This document shows, in pieces, positions 38,564 to 52,828 of a DNA stretch of 64,000 nucleotides. Source of the DNA: Anthoceros angustus (Eukaryota > Plantae > Anthocerotophyta); assembly GCA_010909165.1 (NCBI GenBank), contig MU008162.1, positions 1,798,001 through 1,862,000 on the forward strand, read 5' to 3'. The translations under genes and the position numbers were made by a program. Positions within the stretch are counted from its first letter, which is position 1, and each line of letters begins with the position of its first letter. The notes under the pieces are model-generated. The model was not told the DNA's origin. It did no database searches and saw nothing but the letters and a program-made list of their open reading frames with translations.

Positions 38564-41500
38564 CTACATGCAAGGGATCTGTTGCCGCAGGGGTTGTAAC
38601 GTATCAGAACCTGCGCGGAAGAGGAGCTCGGGGTTTCTCCCAACCTCAAGTTCAGCCTCTCCATCTTTCGGACTAACATCCCCGTCTTCTCCCGAGAGAG
38701 CCTCTCGCGATTCGGTGACGGTAGGAGTGCCTTCAGAACTCTTCCCGGCTGTCGAGAGGTCACATGTGGCAACAGAATCAGGATTCCAATTTTGAGCATG
38801 CGTGTCACTACTGGAAGCGTCCTCAATTGCTGCTGCATCCTCCAATTCTGATTCTCCACAGCCATCTACAGCCTGATGGTCCACATTTCCAACAGGGGAG
38901 GACTTTGGAGACACTTCCATTTTCTCTCCAGTGGTCCCCGACCCTTCAGCGACGAGATCTGCCGCACCCACAGCCTGCACATCCTCGGGAGCGGGTTTGC
39001 CCACAGGGTCAGCCACTTCTCCTTCCGAGGCAGCTACTTCAGCTGCGGTGACAACTGGCCCTGCAGCTTGGACAGGTGGCTGCCATCCAACTTGCCGATA
39101 CATGGGGACAAACTCCGCTGCATTCGGATTCAGAGGTGACCTCAGAGGTGGTGACGTGGATGGAGGAATGCTGATGACAGACGGTACATTCCTGCTCTTC
39201 GCTTCATCTCCACTGCCAGATGTCCCACGAACTGCTTTGAGCCCGCCCGGGCCCTGATGATTTTTCCTCATGGGAGTCACTGCAATGGTCGTTGGGATTG
39301 GAGCCAGGACAGGGCGTACCGGAACAACTGCTGGGATGGCAGGTATTTTCCCGTCCTTGAAAGGCGTGATTGCCACAGTCCCCACGGTCACTCGCAAGAG
39401 AGGAGCAGTTGGCTTGAATGAAGGAGCAGCTGCTGATAATCTCCTCGCCTCAACAGCTGGAGACTCCTCCGCAGACTCCTCCGCGGAGTCCACAGACTGC
39501 GAATCCTGCACAGCATCTGCATATTTCTTCTCATCATCTGTCAAGCATTTCTTATCTTGAAACCCCTCACTGTCCCCATCTGAGCCTTCCCCTTCCTCAG
39601 GAGCATGCCTAACCGTCTCCTGTAAGTAGACAATTGCAGGGTCTTCCAATACAGACTCCACAATCTTCGGCAATATTTCAGCTCCCTTGAGAGCAGTATC
39701 TTTCTCCTGTGCTGCCTGCTGCGCCTCTTCGTCAGCCTTCGCACATTCGTCTGCCCAGCTGAACACTACCTTGACAGGCTTCTCTGGCCAAGACGGCACC
39801 TTCTCATCGGTACTCGAATTCACGACCAGTGCAACAGGCACAGCCGCGCTATCAGACTGCACCTCCTCTACCTCTCCGACTGCACTGGAATCCTGCACAC
39901 TGGTGTCCTGTACTGGCTTGGCCTCCTCCCTGACCGATTTAATGTCCAGCATACCACTATCGCCGCTAACCTCCGGAGCCTCCTCCGCCTGCTTGGAGTC
40001 CAGCAGCTTCTTCTCCACTGAGCTCGATCTCAGGTCAGGAACCTTCCTCTCCGCGAACTTGCCGTTTTGCACCTTCCTCTCTGACAGTTTTCCTTCCTCT
40101 ACCTTCCTGTCAAGCGATTTGCTCTCCTGTCCCTTCCTTTCGAAGACCTGGGCCTTCTTCTCGAAGGTTTTGATGACCGGAGGCTTCTTCTCCGGCACCT
40201 TCTGGTCTTGCAGCTTCTTCTCCTGCGCCCTGTTTTCCACAGCTTTCCTGTCAACCACTTTGCTGTCCAGCTTTTTGTCAACTAGCTTCTGCTCGACAGT
40301 CTTCATCTCCTTACTCTTCGCTTCATTAGTTTCCACCTTGACTTCCGCGAGTTTGCTCTCCGGAGGGGATGAATCAGTCACCTTGGAATATGTGGCACCC
40401 ACTGTCCCAGGGGGTGCCAAGGCAACTTCCTTGTAGGAAGGTGTGGTCCTCACTCCAGAACCGGGAGTGGCTGCTGGGGCAGTGCTCACCACAGGCCTTG
40501 CCGGAGGAGTGACGACCTCAGGCTTCGAAGCCGGGGTGCTACTCTCTGACTGTGGCCCTGCGTTGGGTGAGGGAACACTGTCTGCAGCAACATTGCCAGC
40601 AACAGGCTGCACCTTGACGGGAGCTGCAGGCTTCGGGAGTGCCGCCGTTTCAGCTAGAGTTGCTGCAGAGCTAGTTGTTGTCGGCAAAACAGTCTTCCCA
40701 CTAGAACCTCTAGCAATCTTCTTCACCTGCTCTCCGTGCGAACCTGTTGGCAAATTTCCGCTGAGCTTCCTCCTCAATGCTCCAGAACCTCTATCTTTGT
40801 CACGCAGACCCATCTGCCGCAGCTGAGCATTATTATGCACATTCTGCAGTTTGGAACCAGCATGGACTTTGATGCCCAGTCTCCTGTTGCTGGACATGGA
40901 GGATCGGTTACGAGACACTGCTTCTTGCCAGCCCTCATCCTCGGTAGTAGCTTCACGTAACACTGTGACAGGAATTTCAGGTGGAATAGCGGGACGTCGT
41001 TCCTCACGAGGTGTTGAGTTATCTTCAGAGGCAGAGGTGGTCTCTGGAGCACTGGAAGAGTTGTCCCGTGTGTCTACCTCCCCTGCGTCTATCAAGTTCT
41101 TATCCTCCGCTTCAGTAACCAAGAATACTTCCGTCTCCCTGTTCAAGTCGTCTCCCGATGACGAAGTTGGCAAACTACCCAAAAAGCTTGCCTTGCCCTT
41201 AGACTGCAGTCACCGGAGACAGGAGTCAGGTACAAGCATAAGAAGAAGGAGTCCTTGGATAACAGAAAGATCGCTCAGTATCTCACCTTGGTTCTGCGCG
41301 TCTTTCCTTTGCTGAGATCCAGCTTCCCTTTCCCATCTTGCTCAGCATTGATATACTCAAGTAAATCTGACACACTGTTCGTGCAACGGTCAAGACATGC
41401 AGATGCAAGTGGACGACATGTTCGTAGGCATGAATCACTCAGCACAATCTGCAAGATGCTCTTCAATATAAATACCTCAGATGTCCTTTACTCGCAATCG

Positions 41501-44500
41501 AAGCATCAGGCTTGGGAGTCCCAGTCCGGGCTGCCTCCTGCTGCTCTAGGGCCTTCGAGTCGAAGTACTCAAGCCAGGCAGCGGCATCCTGGGTACGGAG
41601 ATCCTCTGGCCCCAGCTTGGCTTGAAGAATTTGCAGTGTGGTCTGCTCATGCTGGACACTGAGCGAATACGCTTCCATGAGGGACAACGCAATGGCAATG
41701 GCGTGGTAGCTGGCTGCCGTCTGCAAACGGTGGTCAACAATATGTAATTAAGAAAAATGACACGCGCAGTTCGCCGGACTGCAGAAATATTTAAGAGGTT
41801 CAAAGGCTAACCTGAATGTGATCAGCCCCCAGAAGCCTTTGGTTGCACTTCAAGGCCTCGTGGAGGTATCTCAGGGCAACATGAATATTCCCAAGACCCT
41901 CCTCCATCATTGCAACGTTGATGTAAGTGGCCGCCGTGTTTGGGTGGGACGGGCCGCAAGTGAGATGTAGAAGATACAGAGCTCGGTTCACATATCTGAC
42001 AATTTTTGATCCTCAGCACACTCTTACGAGACGTAGGAAAGAGATGTGTGTATAAGTAGGAGACTTACTTGAGGGCCAGCTCCGTATGTTGGAGACGATA
42101 GTAGAAGACAGCGAGATCGCCATAGCTCTTCATGGTATCGGGGTGGTCAAGCCCGAGCTCTCTTTCATTGATATCTAGAGCTTTCTGTTGATAAATAGTT
42201 GCCTGGGGAAGGAATCACACAGACAAGGTAAAGATGGTATCTGCACACGAATACATCAAGAAACACTTGGATAAATGAGGCTACCTGATTAAAGTCTCCT
42301 GTGTGGTACAAGACAACGGCCAGCAAACTGTACGCTCCAGCAGTCATTCGATGATACGGTCCACATACAGCAACGAGCTTTGCCAATGCCTACATTCGAA
42401 TCGACTGCAGTGTTAGAGCGTTTCAGAGCAAAGGCACCTTGACACCATTCTCACAATGTAGACACATACCTTAGTACCAAAATTGACTGCATCGTCGAGC
42501 TTGCCTTTGTCCAGAGCAGTTTTAGAGGACTCCAGTAGAGTGCGACCGTCAGCAGAGGAGCAGGCGACTTGCTGCGGAAAAAGCCCCGGTCAGCAATTTG
42601 AAACCTGACCACGAGACACTGAAATCCGATGGACAGAAATGACTAGGGACAAGACCCATTACCTTGTACACAGGAACCATGCTGATAATATCCAACTTCC
42701 TGAAGGGTGTGGGGGTATCCAGCTCGTAGTCGCGAGGAACCATCTCAATCCCAACCTGACATGAGGGAGGCCAGAGTCAGGGTCCACACTGAAAACATAC
42801 CAAGCAGCCATGAGCCACTAAAACTGCCGGCAACCTTGTGGCAAAGTCCACGAAGGACAGCATATTTCCGCAGCTCGTCCCGGGTATTCTTGGGAAGCTT
42901 CCACCCAAACCTCTTCTCCACAAATGTCTCCACCCAGTGCCACATCAGGATGTCTGGTCTATCAAGCAACTCATCGGCTGCCTCCTCTGACGAGAAAGTG
43001 CCGAGCATGTAATTGAGTGCAGCAGCAATGGAAACCGCGAGCTCGGAGGCGTTCTTGGTAGAGGCGATAACCGCATGCAGAACATGCTTGAACGCGCGGA
43101 CGACCATTTCATGCTCACACAACGATTGAACATGAGGGAGCTTGGATGCCAGCTCCGCCTGCGCCCAGGCCATTAATGACGTGAGGTCAGCTGGGCAGCC
43201 ATGCAACTGAAAGGCAATCAATGCTCGAAAATATAAAGATAGCTCCTTACCACACGGCCCAGCGAGTGCATCCTAAGACCTCGGGTATGCATGAAATCTG
43301 TCAAAGTCCGTCCGTCCACAGGGGAAAGCTCCAGAGATCCAAAATCCGAGACCTGATTCCGAATACAACGTGTTTTAACCAGCAGGTAGAACACAGTAGT
43401 CGAAGACACTGAAACACGACCAGGCCTTCCAAAGCTTACCAACTTTGGCAGCGCAACTTCCTCATAGTAGTGCCGAGCAGCTTCCATGAGCTCCGAGATA
43501 GACTGAGCGCACAAATTCACAGCCCACAACCTCAAGTCAGCAATTGAAGTCCGCGGCAAGGACCAACGGAGCAGAAAGCTATCCAGACGTCCCTGGAATA
43601 ACACCTTTCTATGCAGGCCAGTCTCTGATTCCTTCAGTCGGCTGAAAGCAGCGTCTGAGAGTCTGCTCAGAAGCTCAGCTTCCACCTCTGAATCCTCCGA
43701 AATCAACTTCGTGGCCGTTTCCGCTTCACCTGGCTTTCCGTCGTCGACAGACACCTTCTCCTCCTCTAAGTCCGACTCTTTGGCTGATGGTGCAGCCTTG
43801 GAATCGACATCCTTCCCGGCAGCGTCTTTGTTGTCCTTAGACTCAGCCTTGGCAGTGGCAGCTTGCCCTTGCAAATGCTGCACCCAGCAAGCTCCTAGCT
43901 CCCATCGAATGGCGGGGGACACACCTTTCTCTTGCTCCACCACTGCCAGACTCTCTTTCAAGATGTTCTGCACGACCTCACCGGCAGCTTGCAGCTCCTC
44001 CCCATCCGAGCTGGATTTGCTTAATTGGGCTCCGGCTGCTGTCACACCTTTGTGAAGCAAAGTGCGCAAGCTGCATCCGCTTTCGTCCATTAACTTCGCG
44101 AGCAACCGCTGACTGCGCCTGAAATTCCAAGAGTGTAGAAACAAGGATCGTTACCTGTTCACATTGAGCGCATTGGCGCCTCCCTCGGGCTGATCTTCGA
44201 TGTTGAGTTCTGCTGCTGCGAGATCAAGGCCCTGAACACTGGCGTCTCCGATGCCGGACGCTTCGACCAATGCCGTGTACCCACGATGGCGGACGATCAC
44301 CATACCCAAGGTTGCCGTATCCTGCAACGTGCACACATTGCACCGTTTCCACTCAGTCCTGCAGGAGTTCCGGAAGGTGAGGATAGGAGAAAAAGAAGGA
44401 GAAATCGAAATTGCTTACATGTACAGTAGTGCTCTCATCAGCTGTGATTCCTTTCAGCAGATTCTTTTGCGCCAAGTCCTCCGACATCTCTCCGTTGGCG

Positions 44501-46784
44501 ATGCTGCCATTAATTCGTATCTCAATCTTGTTACTGGCGTTAGCCACATCTCTGGCCACCGTAATTTTCAACTCCCCGCTTGTGGTCTCATAAATTACTC
44601 CATCACTCTTGGAGAAGGGGCCTTCACCCTTGCTCCTCTGCTCATCTGCATACTCAACTGCCACTGTCGCTTCATACACAGCCACATCAACAAAGAGGTT
44701 GTGCAGAATAAACGCCTTCTTGTCCCGAATTTGACGTTCTTCCGGTGTTTTGCAAGCCATGGCAGCAAGAATTGCAAACTCTCGCGCCCATGGTCTGGAC
44801 TTGCTCTTGCCATCTCTACCTTGACCTCCTCCGTTTCCCCCCCATGTTTCGTCTTCAGTTGGTAGGGGAGGGAAAGTCGAGGGGGCATCTGCTGCTATCG
44901 TGGGCACTAGCCACGTGTTGGACCGAAGACCGTAGGGCAAATTGCCAAACTGCAGGAACACGAAATTCAGAAAAATGAGAACCACACACTTGCGATACCC
45001 GAGAGAGCAGTGACAACGAGCCTCACCTTATTCCTTTCCGCGAAAGCTCTCAGAAGCTCGTCGTATGCCTGCACCACAAACCACACACTGCTCAGACACA
45101 AGACAAGCCACTGTCATGTTACACACGAGGAATCCACAGTCCCATGAAGAATCTACAGTCCCATGAAAAGTTCACCGTCCACAAAACTCCAGCCGATCTC
45201 TAAAAACAGAAAGGTGCGAAAGGAGGGGTAGAAGCACACGTTAACAAACGCTTTGCTGAGGCGACGCAGAAGCTCTACAAGTGAGCGACTATGTATCAAT
45301 TGCTTGCCATTGCTATAAAATCCTCTGGCACAAGCAGTTACTGTTACGAGTTTCCCATTGCATAGTCTCACCTGCCACACAACGACCATGTCAAGTCTCG
45401 GAAAGCAAGCAGGAGGCAAAAAGGATTGCGAGCAAGCAGTAAATGGCAGATCGAAGAAGAGAAACTCACATCAATGGGGAAAAAATCTCCGTCTGCAGAC
45501 AACTCATCCAGCTGCAACTTGGTGGATCGCCGCAAAACTGCACAAATCACTGAGCGACTTAGCCAGCCAGCCAGCTGCAATCACGGGCATCGCAGGAAGT
45601 CACAGAATGAACAGATAGCAGCAGGCGCGTCCAACTGACATTGAATCGGTGGTGTCAAGTGCGAAAAGGAGAAGAATTCGTAAAACTGGCCGAGCTTGGA
45701 TGGAGGACACATTCCAGTCATATCACCCTTCTCTGTGGCCTCCTTCGCGGCGGCCATAGCGGCTGCCGCCTCAGGCTTGCTAATCACGGTACTCCTGGGC
45801 TTATTACTGCTGCTCTGAGGGATAAATTTGAACGGGGCCTGGTCGGCAGGCTGGTCTTGTTGCCTGTCCTCGGAATCCGCATCAGTGGCGCTGTCCTTGG
45901 CAGAATCCCCTTTCTCCTGATCCCCAACAGCCCCCGCGGGCGCGCCCTTGGCCGCCCGATCAACTTGCTTCCCGGACGGCCCGAAGCAGGTGGTGCAAGC
46001 CACGATGTCAAGCAGTCTTCTGATATGCGTCACAACCTCCTCCTCCGAATAATCCTCTGTCCCGAGCAACAGCCAAGCCACCGCGATGAAAAACTCTCTC
46101 ACGTCGATACGACGCAAGCAAAGAAAGGGAATCCGGATCACGATCTACCTTCAACCAGCGTCAGGACGCATGGCTTCAAGATGGAGACTTCCAGCGAATC
46201 CCGCAACCGCGGTCCCCTAACCTGCAGTCAGCGAGAAAGCACACAATGAGTGCCGGTGATAACGCAGGCGCACACACGTCATGAGTGCAAAGCCAAGCGC
46301 GCCACCTCGTGATGCAACGAGTAGTTGGTGAGATGGCAGGTTTCCACATGCACTGCCAGCAGGCGTCGCACATCCAGAATGCGATCCGTAGAAATTCCCT
46401 GCACCAGCTCAAGAACGCTGTCAGGACACTCCCGCAAGAGCCAGCGCATGCACCTCAATCCCTCTCCAACGACAGCACCTCCTCAACCTCAAGGACCAAA
46501 CCATCACCTTCAGGATAACCGGGTTCTCACTCCCCGGCAAGTTCACAGCGATGTCGAGCACCGTAGGCAAAACTGCAATCCGCAAATTGTACATGAGCAC
46601 CAAAAAAAAAAATCCTACCACAACACAAGGCATCTGTGACACCAATTCCACCCGCTCCGACAAGCTTCCTTCCGTCCGGTGTCCAAAAATCCTCCAACCA
46701 AGCACAAAACTCACTCTTCTCCTCCTTCTTCTTCTTCTCTCCCTTAGCCTTGTGCGTCTTGGTCTTCCCCGTCCTGGGAGCCAT
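38564..46784 (-). CDS. TSS: CLU-family TPR protein, TSS / REDUCED CHLOROPLAST COVERAGE type; many exons
   Basis: [23 protein letters not shown]; [14 protein letters not shown]; [20 protein letters not shown]; [19 protein letters not shown]; TPRs ([45 protein letters not shown]); [12 protein letters not shown]; [10 protein letters not shown]. Confidence 0.93.
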
Positions 46785-49603
46785 GGTTCCGAGCTCGGTC
46801 CTCCTTGCCCCTTGCCCCGGAGCAGCTACCGGTTTCACGAATTAATTTCCTTCGCCGCTAGCGAGCAAATTCCCCTTCCCCGAATCCCTCCACTCCAAGG
46901 AGCACAGGCAATGCGGCCGGGCCTGCTACTGCACCTGCCGCCGCTGCTGCTACTGCTCCTGCAGCTGGATGGATTGCCGGATGCACCGGAGGCTGCAGCC
47001 GCTGCAGCGGAATGCCGAGAGGAAAAAACAGGCCGCCGGATTCCGAGACAGCGCGGGAAGAAGGGGCGACGAATGAGGCGCAGTGGCAGCGGACGGATGG
47101 GGTGGACGGACGGCGTCCGACGCGAGAAGCAGAAGCAGAAGAAAAGAAGGTGCAGAGAAGGCGCGCGCGAGAAAGAGGAGAGGAGATGGCAGCAGAGTGG
47201 CACGCTCCACCACACTGCAGCGCTGCGCTGCGCGCTGTCGCCTGTTGTGCGCTGGGAGGGGGGATACGGGGGGGATAAGAGGCGTGGTGGAGGATGGCAT
47301 TTGAGGCGGGCAGCGAATGGGGGTCGGGCGGGCCCGGGCCTCGGGGACAGGCCACGGATGGCCAAACCCATTTTTGAAGCAATATTTGGTGCTTGGCCCA
47401 GGAAATCGCGGCGCACAGGGTGCCGATGACCGGCTGGACGGAACGGGCCACCCCCTTTCCTCCCTTTCCTCTCCCGAATCGACTCTATCGATTCGGGATA
47501 AGAAAATCGGGGCTGTGCCCTTTCCACGCCGGTTGCAGCCCCTTCCATATCCCCATTTGCCCCTCCAAGCCTCACGACTGTCATCCACTTCCATCCTCTC
47601 ACCCAACAACACACACACACACACATACATATACCCAGATGTACATTCCTTTGTCTCTAAAAATTCTTTGTCACAAGTACCCAATATTGAAAGAAGTGTG
47701 TCATTTTCTTCATCTTAGTCATAAGTATCGAATATTGAAAGAAATCTCGCACTTCAAGGTCTCGCATGTTACGGTTTCATCTTGGTTTGACACCTTATTC
47801 ACAAGGACATACATACTAGACATCTCAAGGTCTCACGTTCTCGATTACAAGTACAAACATGATATGTAACTAGTTTGTGAGGACCGGGGCCTACTCAATC
47901 ACCATCGTTCACGCACGTATCGTCTTGTCTGCCATATTCCGACATGCTGTCGCCGTGGTGGGTTCTTTGTGATTGCTTTTGTGTGTCTGGTGATCCGTGA
48001 GCATCGAGGGATCCTAGTACATATCATAGAGGATCGCCCGACAAGAAGATGGAGAAAATCCTCCATTCATTGGTCGCAACAAATACCACCACGTACAAAT
48101 ATCACGTGGATGCTGCAATCATTTATAAAGCAGTCCTGACATGGGCACAGCTTAGCCCTTTCGTTTCTGACAATTTTTTCTTTTCCTTTCGTAACCTAAG
48201 TCGCCTGACCGACTGTGTTGTACGCCACTCTTTTTGTAATGCGACTAGTCTATTCCTCATGCACCACATGCATCATAGCTGTCAAGTTGTGGTACAACAA
48301 CTACCAATACGATATCTTATATTTGAGCTGATAAGTACGCAAGTAGAAGCATTATCTCATGTTAAAGGTATGGGACAAAGGAAACAAAGGAAGATTGAAT
48401 GAAGAGGTGAACACTAGAGAAAAATATACGACGTTTCCAGCCCAACCCAACCCAACAAGCGAAAGCAAGGAGAGGTCGTCACAAAAACAACATGAGCGGC
48501 GGAAAGGGAAGCAAAAGCAAGGGTGGAGGAGGAGGAGGAAGAGTGGGATACGGAAGGGCGATGTTGTGCTAGAGCGACTAAAGGGGGATAAAAAGGGCAC
48601 AAATATCTGAGTGCGAGAGTGGTTTGAGACAAGATTATCCAGCGAGCGCAAGATGACCTGGTCAACAACAGGCAGAGCGCTTTATTTGCGGGAGGCGGCC
48701 CAGATTGGCCCGCTCGCAGCGAGTGGCGCTCATTGGACCGGCAGCGGCAGGCCTCCTTCCCCGGGTTGGGGTTGGACCACCACACTCCCACGCCATGATC
48801 CCGAGCCTCCTTCCCAACCCTAAAAACCCCAGACCGGACCCCAGACCTCACTCTGCATGACGCCATGACGCAGGGGGAGGCAGCGGAGGGGAGGGCAGGG
48901 GAGTTCGGCCCTTGGGGAACGTTTTAGGGTTTGGATCCAGACTCGGAGGCGGGCATCATCCATACACGCCATATCTTGGCCCCGCGGGGCAAGTGTGGCC
49001 AACACGGGCAGGGGCCTTATCCAGCGGATCGCCAGGATCGCATATCATTGCCCAAACTTGATTAAGATTATTTGGCCCTTGTCGCACCCAGGCCAGGCGC
49101 CAGCCCAAACAGGAGGATGTATGACCCGCGAACCCGGCCGCGGGGCCCACCGGGAGCGCGATCTGACTGGCTCTCCGTGTCCGGGACACGAGTGTGCTGC
49201 AGCGCCCACGTCGCCTCCTTCAGTGGGGCCCTCCCACCAAAGCCGGGCTCTGTGCATGTCGGGTGTACGTCCGCCCAATTCCAGGCCTCCGCTTCTGCGC
49301 GCAATCTGTGCAACGCGCACGCTGCTGCCCCCGGGCCTCCTCGTGGAGGTGAAAAGACGAGAGGAGACATCCCACCTGGCGAGGGAACGGGGCCCCAGCC
49401 ACTCCCGCCCTGGACCGCTGTCTTTTGCGGATGGGAGCGATCGCCTCAACCACGGCGCCTTATCCACTTGGCCGTGGCCCGGCCGCAGCACGCTGCCCCA
49501 CGCTCGTCACCTTGGACCTGCATCTGCTCTCGCATCCCTGCCCTGCCAAATGTTCCCCCCCCCTGCCCCCTGCCCCCTGCATGGCGCCATGGGCGATGCC
49601 ATG

Positions 49604-51101
49604 CTACGCCGCTGGGATGCCCAGACATGCCCGGATGCCGCCCTCGAACTCGTCCAGCGCTGCGCCTGCCTGCTGCAGCGCCTTCATCACGCTGGCCCTG
49701 CAAGGTTCAGACGTCCGGTTCAGTTGTTCGATTCAGTTAAGTTCAGTTCAGGGCGCCAGTAGGTAGTCAAGTGCTCATCAGGTGTGATGAGCAGACAAAT
49801 GAACAAACCAACAAACCCTAGTCTGGCATTAAATCCAGACCTGGTGAGCCAATGAGCAGAGCGTAGGAGGCAAGGTAGAGTTGATCAAGGAAGGACGAAA
49901 GGAAAACGAACGAACCCTAGTCATGCATTAAATCCAGACCTAATGAGCCAATGCCGAGAGGATCGGAAGCAAGGCAGAGTTGATCAAGGAAGAAAAGAGG
50001 AAAGGAAGACAGGAAGGAGCAAAGGAAGAAACCAGGGAGAGGAAAAAAATGCCTACCTGTCCACACCATCCCCCGCTGCCCCAGAGGCCAGGAACTGGTC
50101 CAGAGTGTTGAAGGCTTGGATGAGCTCGTCCAGGGCTGCATCGGCCTTGAGCCTGACGGGGTCTGCCTTGTCTAGAAGGGAGGCTGCGTTCTTCAGGATG
50201 AGTCGGAATGTGCACACCTGAGTTGTGTGGAGACCTAGGTCAGGTAGGGACAACCAGAGCAAGAGGAAGAGGAAGAGGAAAATGTAGCATGAGGAAGGAA
50301 ACGTTGTGGAGCACATCATACCTGAATGCCTGACCGACTTTGGAGGTCGATCACAGAGCCAGCCTCCGGAGCCATGCAGTCACGGGATGCTCTCTTCACC
50401 AGCTCCTCTGCCTCCTGGTAGCTGCTGCTGCTGCTGATGCCGTCAGCGCCTGATTACATGAGCACGAGTCAAGTTGCAAACGACTTGCACGTTGTCACAC
50501 ACAGTAGCACATTGCAAACAGCACAGAAAACACGAGATGATGATGTGCCGGGAGACAGGAACAAGGAGCTTTCTTTCCTTACTGTTCAGCACAAACACTG
50601 CGCTCTGCAGCCTGTCCCTGGAGGCCAGAATGGGAGCCAGAAGGAACTGAGAGGTTTTCTTCTTCTGCTCTCGCAGCCAGTCCTTCGGTCCTGCTGCCAT
50701 TCCACCATGCCATCACATCATGCTACGAGACGTGACAGGAAAGGTGAGCACAGAAAGAAATCGTGACTCTCTGCTGCTGCACAGCCAGTGTCAGAATGCA
50801 ATCACGAATTTCGCTTACAGATTCCGAGCGAGAAAGCATTGGCCGGGTCGCAATTCAGCCCCAAGCTCGTCACCAGGTCCAGGGCCAGGGCGCCGGCCGC
50901 CAGAACCATGCCCCGCCGTGTCCCGTCACCATCGCCATAGCCGTTGCCAGCAGCAGCAGCCACCACAATCTGCCGTGGTGGTGTGCTCCTGGACCTTGGA
51001 CATTGCCGTGCCGGACGAGCCCGCACCAGAAGGCCGACACCCGGGAAGAGGCAGCATTGCTGCCCCAGCTGCACGCCGCACACGGATGTGCTCATCACCA
51101 T
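49604..51101 (-). CDS. Conserved plant chloroplast (thylakoid-lumen-type) protein of unknown function, 5 exons
   Basis: Transit peptide, TRR + hydrophobic stretch + ANA motif, then FSLGI|..GPKDWLREQKKK..FLLAPI.ASR; RDC; VCTFRLILKNAASLLD; last exon RASVMKAL...FEGGIRACLGIPAA*. Confidence 0.8.
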
Positions 51102-51195
51102 TGCGTCTTGCTCGCGAACGCGCCTGCTGCTTCCTGCCTTGCTCCTGCTCGTAAAGCCCTAAGCTCTTGCGATTTTGGTGTCTCCTTGTCGGATC

Positions 51196-52828
51196 ATGGC
51201 GATGGAGATCGCTGTGCTGGATTATGCCAGCCTCGTGGCTGCGCATCAGGCCTGCAGGCCACATGGCAGTGATTTGTGCCATTCCAGAGCCTCTTCGGAT
51301 GCAGCATGCCAGGAGCAATCGCAAGGGGAAGTGCTGGCCAGGCTGAGGGATGCTCTGGGACCTCAGGGCCCGGGCCTTGTGACCGTCAGAGGAGTGCCAG
51401 GATATGGAAGTCTGCGGGAGGAGCTTCTTCCCATGGCTCGCACGCTGGCTCTCATGCCCAGGATGCAACGGAATTCCGTGCTCAAGGTTTGTTAGCTCAA
51501 TCTGTGCACCATCGTGCCTTCCTTGGAACAATTCAAGCCGTAGAGCTTTGCCGTGTGCTGTTCCAGCACCAAATTTGCGGAAATTTTCGCTGCCTGTGCC
51601 CACCGTGTGTACTTGTCTGGATGCTGGTATGTACTTCGGAGCACGTGAGAAGTGCTCCCGAGTGAAGTACAATGTTGTCGTGTTCGGGTTCCTCACCGGA
51701 TCTTTTGTCTCGTCATGGCGTTTGCAGGAGAACGGTTTGGGGACAGATGTTCCCATGAAGGATCCCAACAGGGCGGTGTCATCGTTTGCTGCGCAGCTGC
51801 AATTTTCTGTTGCAGATATCTTTGATGTTGCTAGTGGACAAGTTGTGGGAACCGACTCTTCAGACATGTCAGCAGGTTGCGGGCCACCGGAGTGGGATTA
51901 TACGAAAGGACAGATGCAGCACTTGGGCTGGCTCTTCAGGCAGCTAGGGTTGTCTATGGTGAAGCTGGGGCTGCTTGTTGCTGCCCTTTGTGACCAGGTT
52001 GTGAGAGGTGCTGGACTGGAAGAAACCATCCTGAGTGCTGGAACTGCCAAAGGGCGGCTAATCCACTACCACTCTGCAGCTGAAGGATGTACTCACAGCC
52101 GGAAGCAGGCTCCTGGAAAGGTGTCTCAACAACCGATTCCAAGTCAGGAGCAATCTACAAAGACACAGGAATGGCAGGACTGGCATCTTGATTATGGAGT
52201 TTTCACAATCCTCACATCCCCTCTTTTCTGCAAGTTGCCAGCCCATGACGACAGCACTGCACTCATCCTAACACACGGCGAGGGCAGGGACTACAAGGAG
52301 GCACTGCCATGTAGCACTCTTCCGGCCCAAGTCTGCCCTCCCCCAGATGGTCACTCTCACCTGCAAATTCTCCATTGCCCCAGCAACAGGCTCCGGTTCA
52401 TCGACATCCCCCCTGATTGTCTAGCCATCCAAGTGGGAGAAGCTGCCCAGATCTTGTCTGGTGGGAAACTGCGGGCCACAGCACACTGCGTGTCCCGACC
52501 TTCCGGAGGCAACCAGGATATAAGCAGGAACACCTTCGCTGTCTTCCTACATCCTTCCTGGGACAAACCTCTTGTAAATCCCCACGGGTGTGACAGAAAT
52601 GCCGTGCTGCAAGCACACCCAGAATGTTCCTCTCAGCTTGAAAACCTTCACCTCTCTGTCGGCAAGATGGAAGCTTCTACCCAGGTACTGTCCCACATCT
52701 CCAAGGTCATCCCTCCTCTATCCTCCCGATGGTCAGATGGCTGCACCTTCGCAGACTTCTCTCGGAAAACAACAAGCCAATACTACGGTGCAGCAGGTCG
52801 GCAATCAAAGCTGCCTCAGCTGGTCTGA
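51196..52828 (+). CDS. 2-oxoglutarate/Fe(II)-dependent oxygenase family protein, 2 exons (intron 51487-51728)
   Basis: LGPQGPGLVTVRGVP; AKGRLIHYH; WHLDYGVFTILT (HxD); QVGEAAQILSGGKLRATAHCV; ISRNTFAVFL. Confidence 0.9.

Noticed and set aside
39270-41315. Plus-strand ORFs opposite the large TSS exon
   Set aside because: Antisense shadows of a real coding exon.
46835-49770. Several 200-290 aa GC-rich ORFs on both strands
   Set aside because: They fall in the TSS 5' UTR/promoter and the 3' region of the lumen-type gene; low-complexity, no domains.
49820-50000. ~100-bp duplication (GCATTAAATCCAGACCT...GAGTTGATCAAGGAAG)
   Set aside because: Ordinary intronic tandem duplication.
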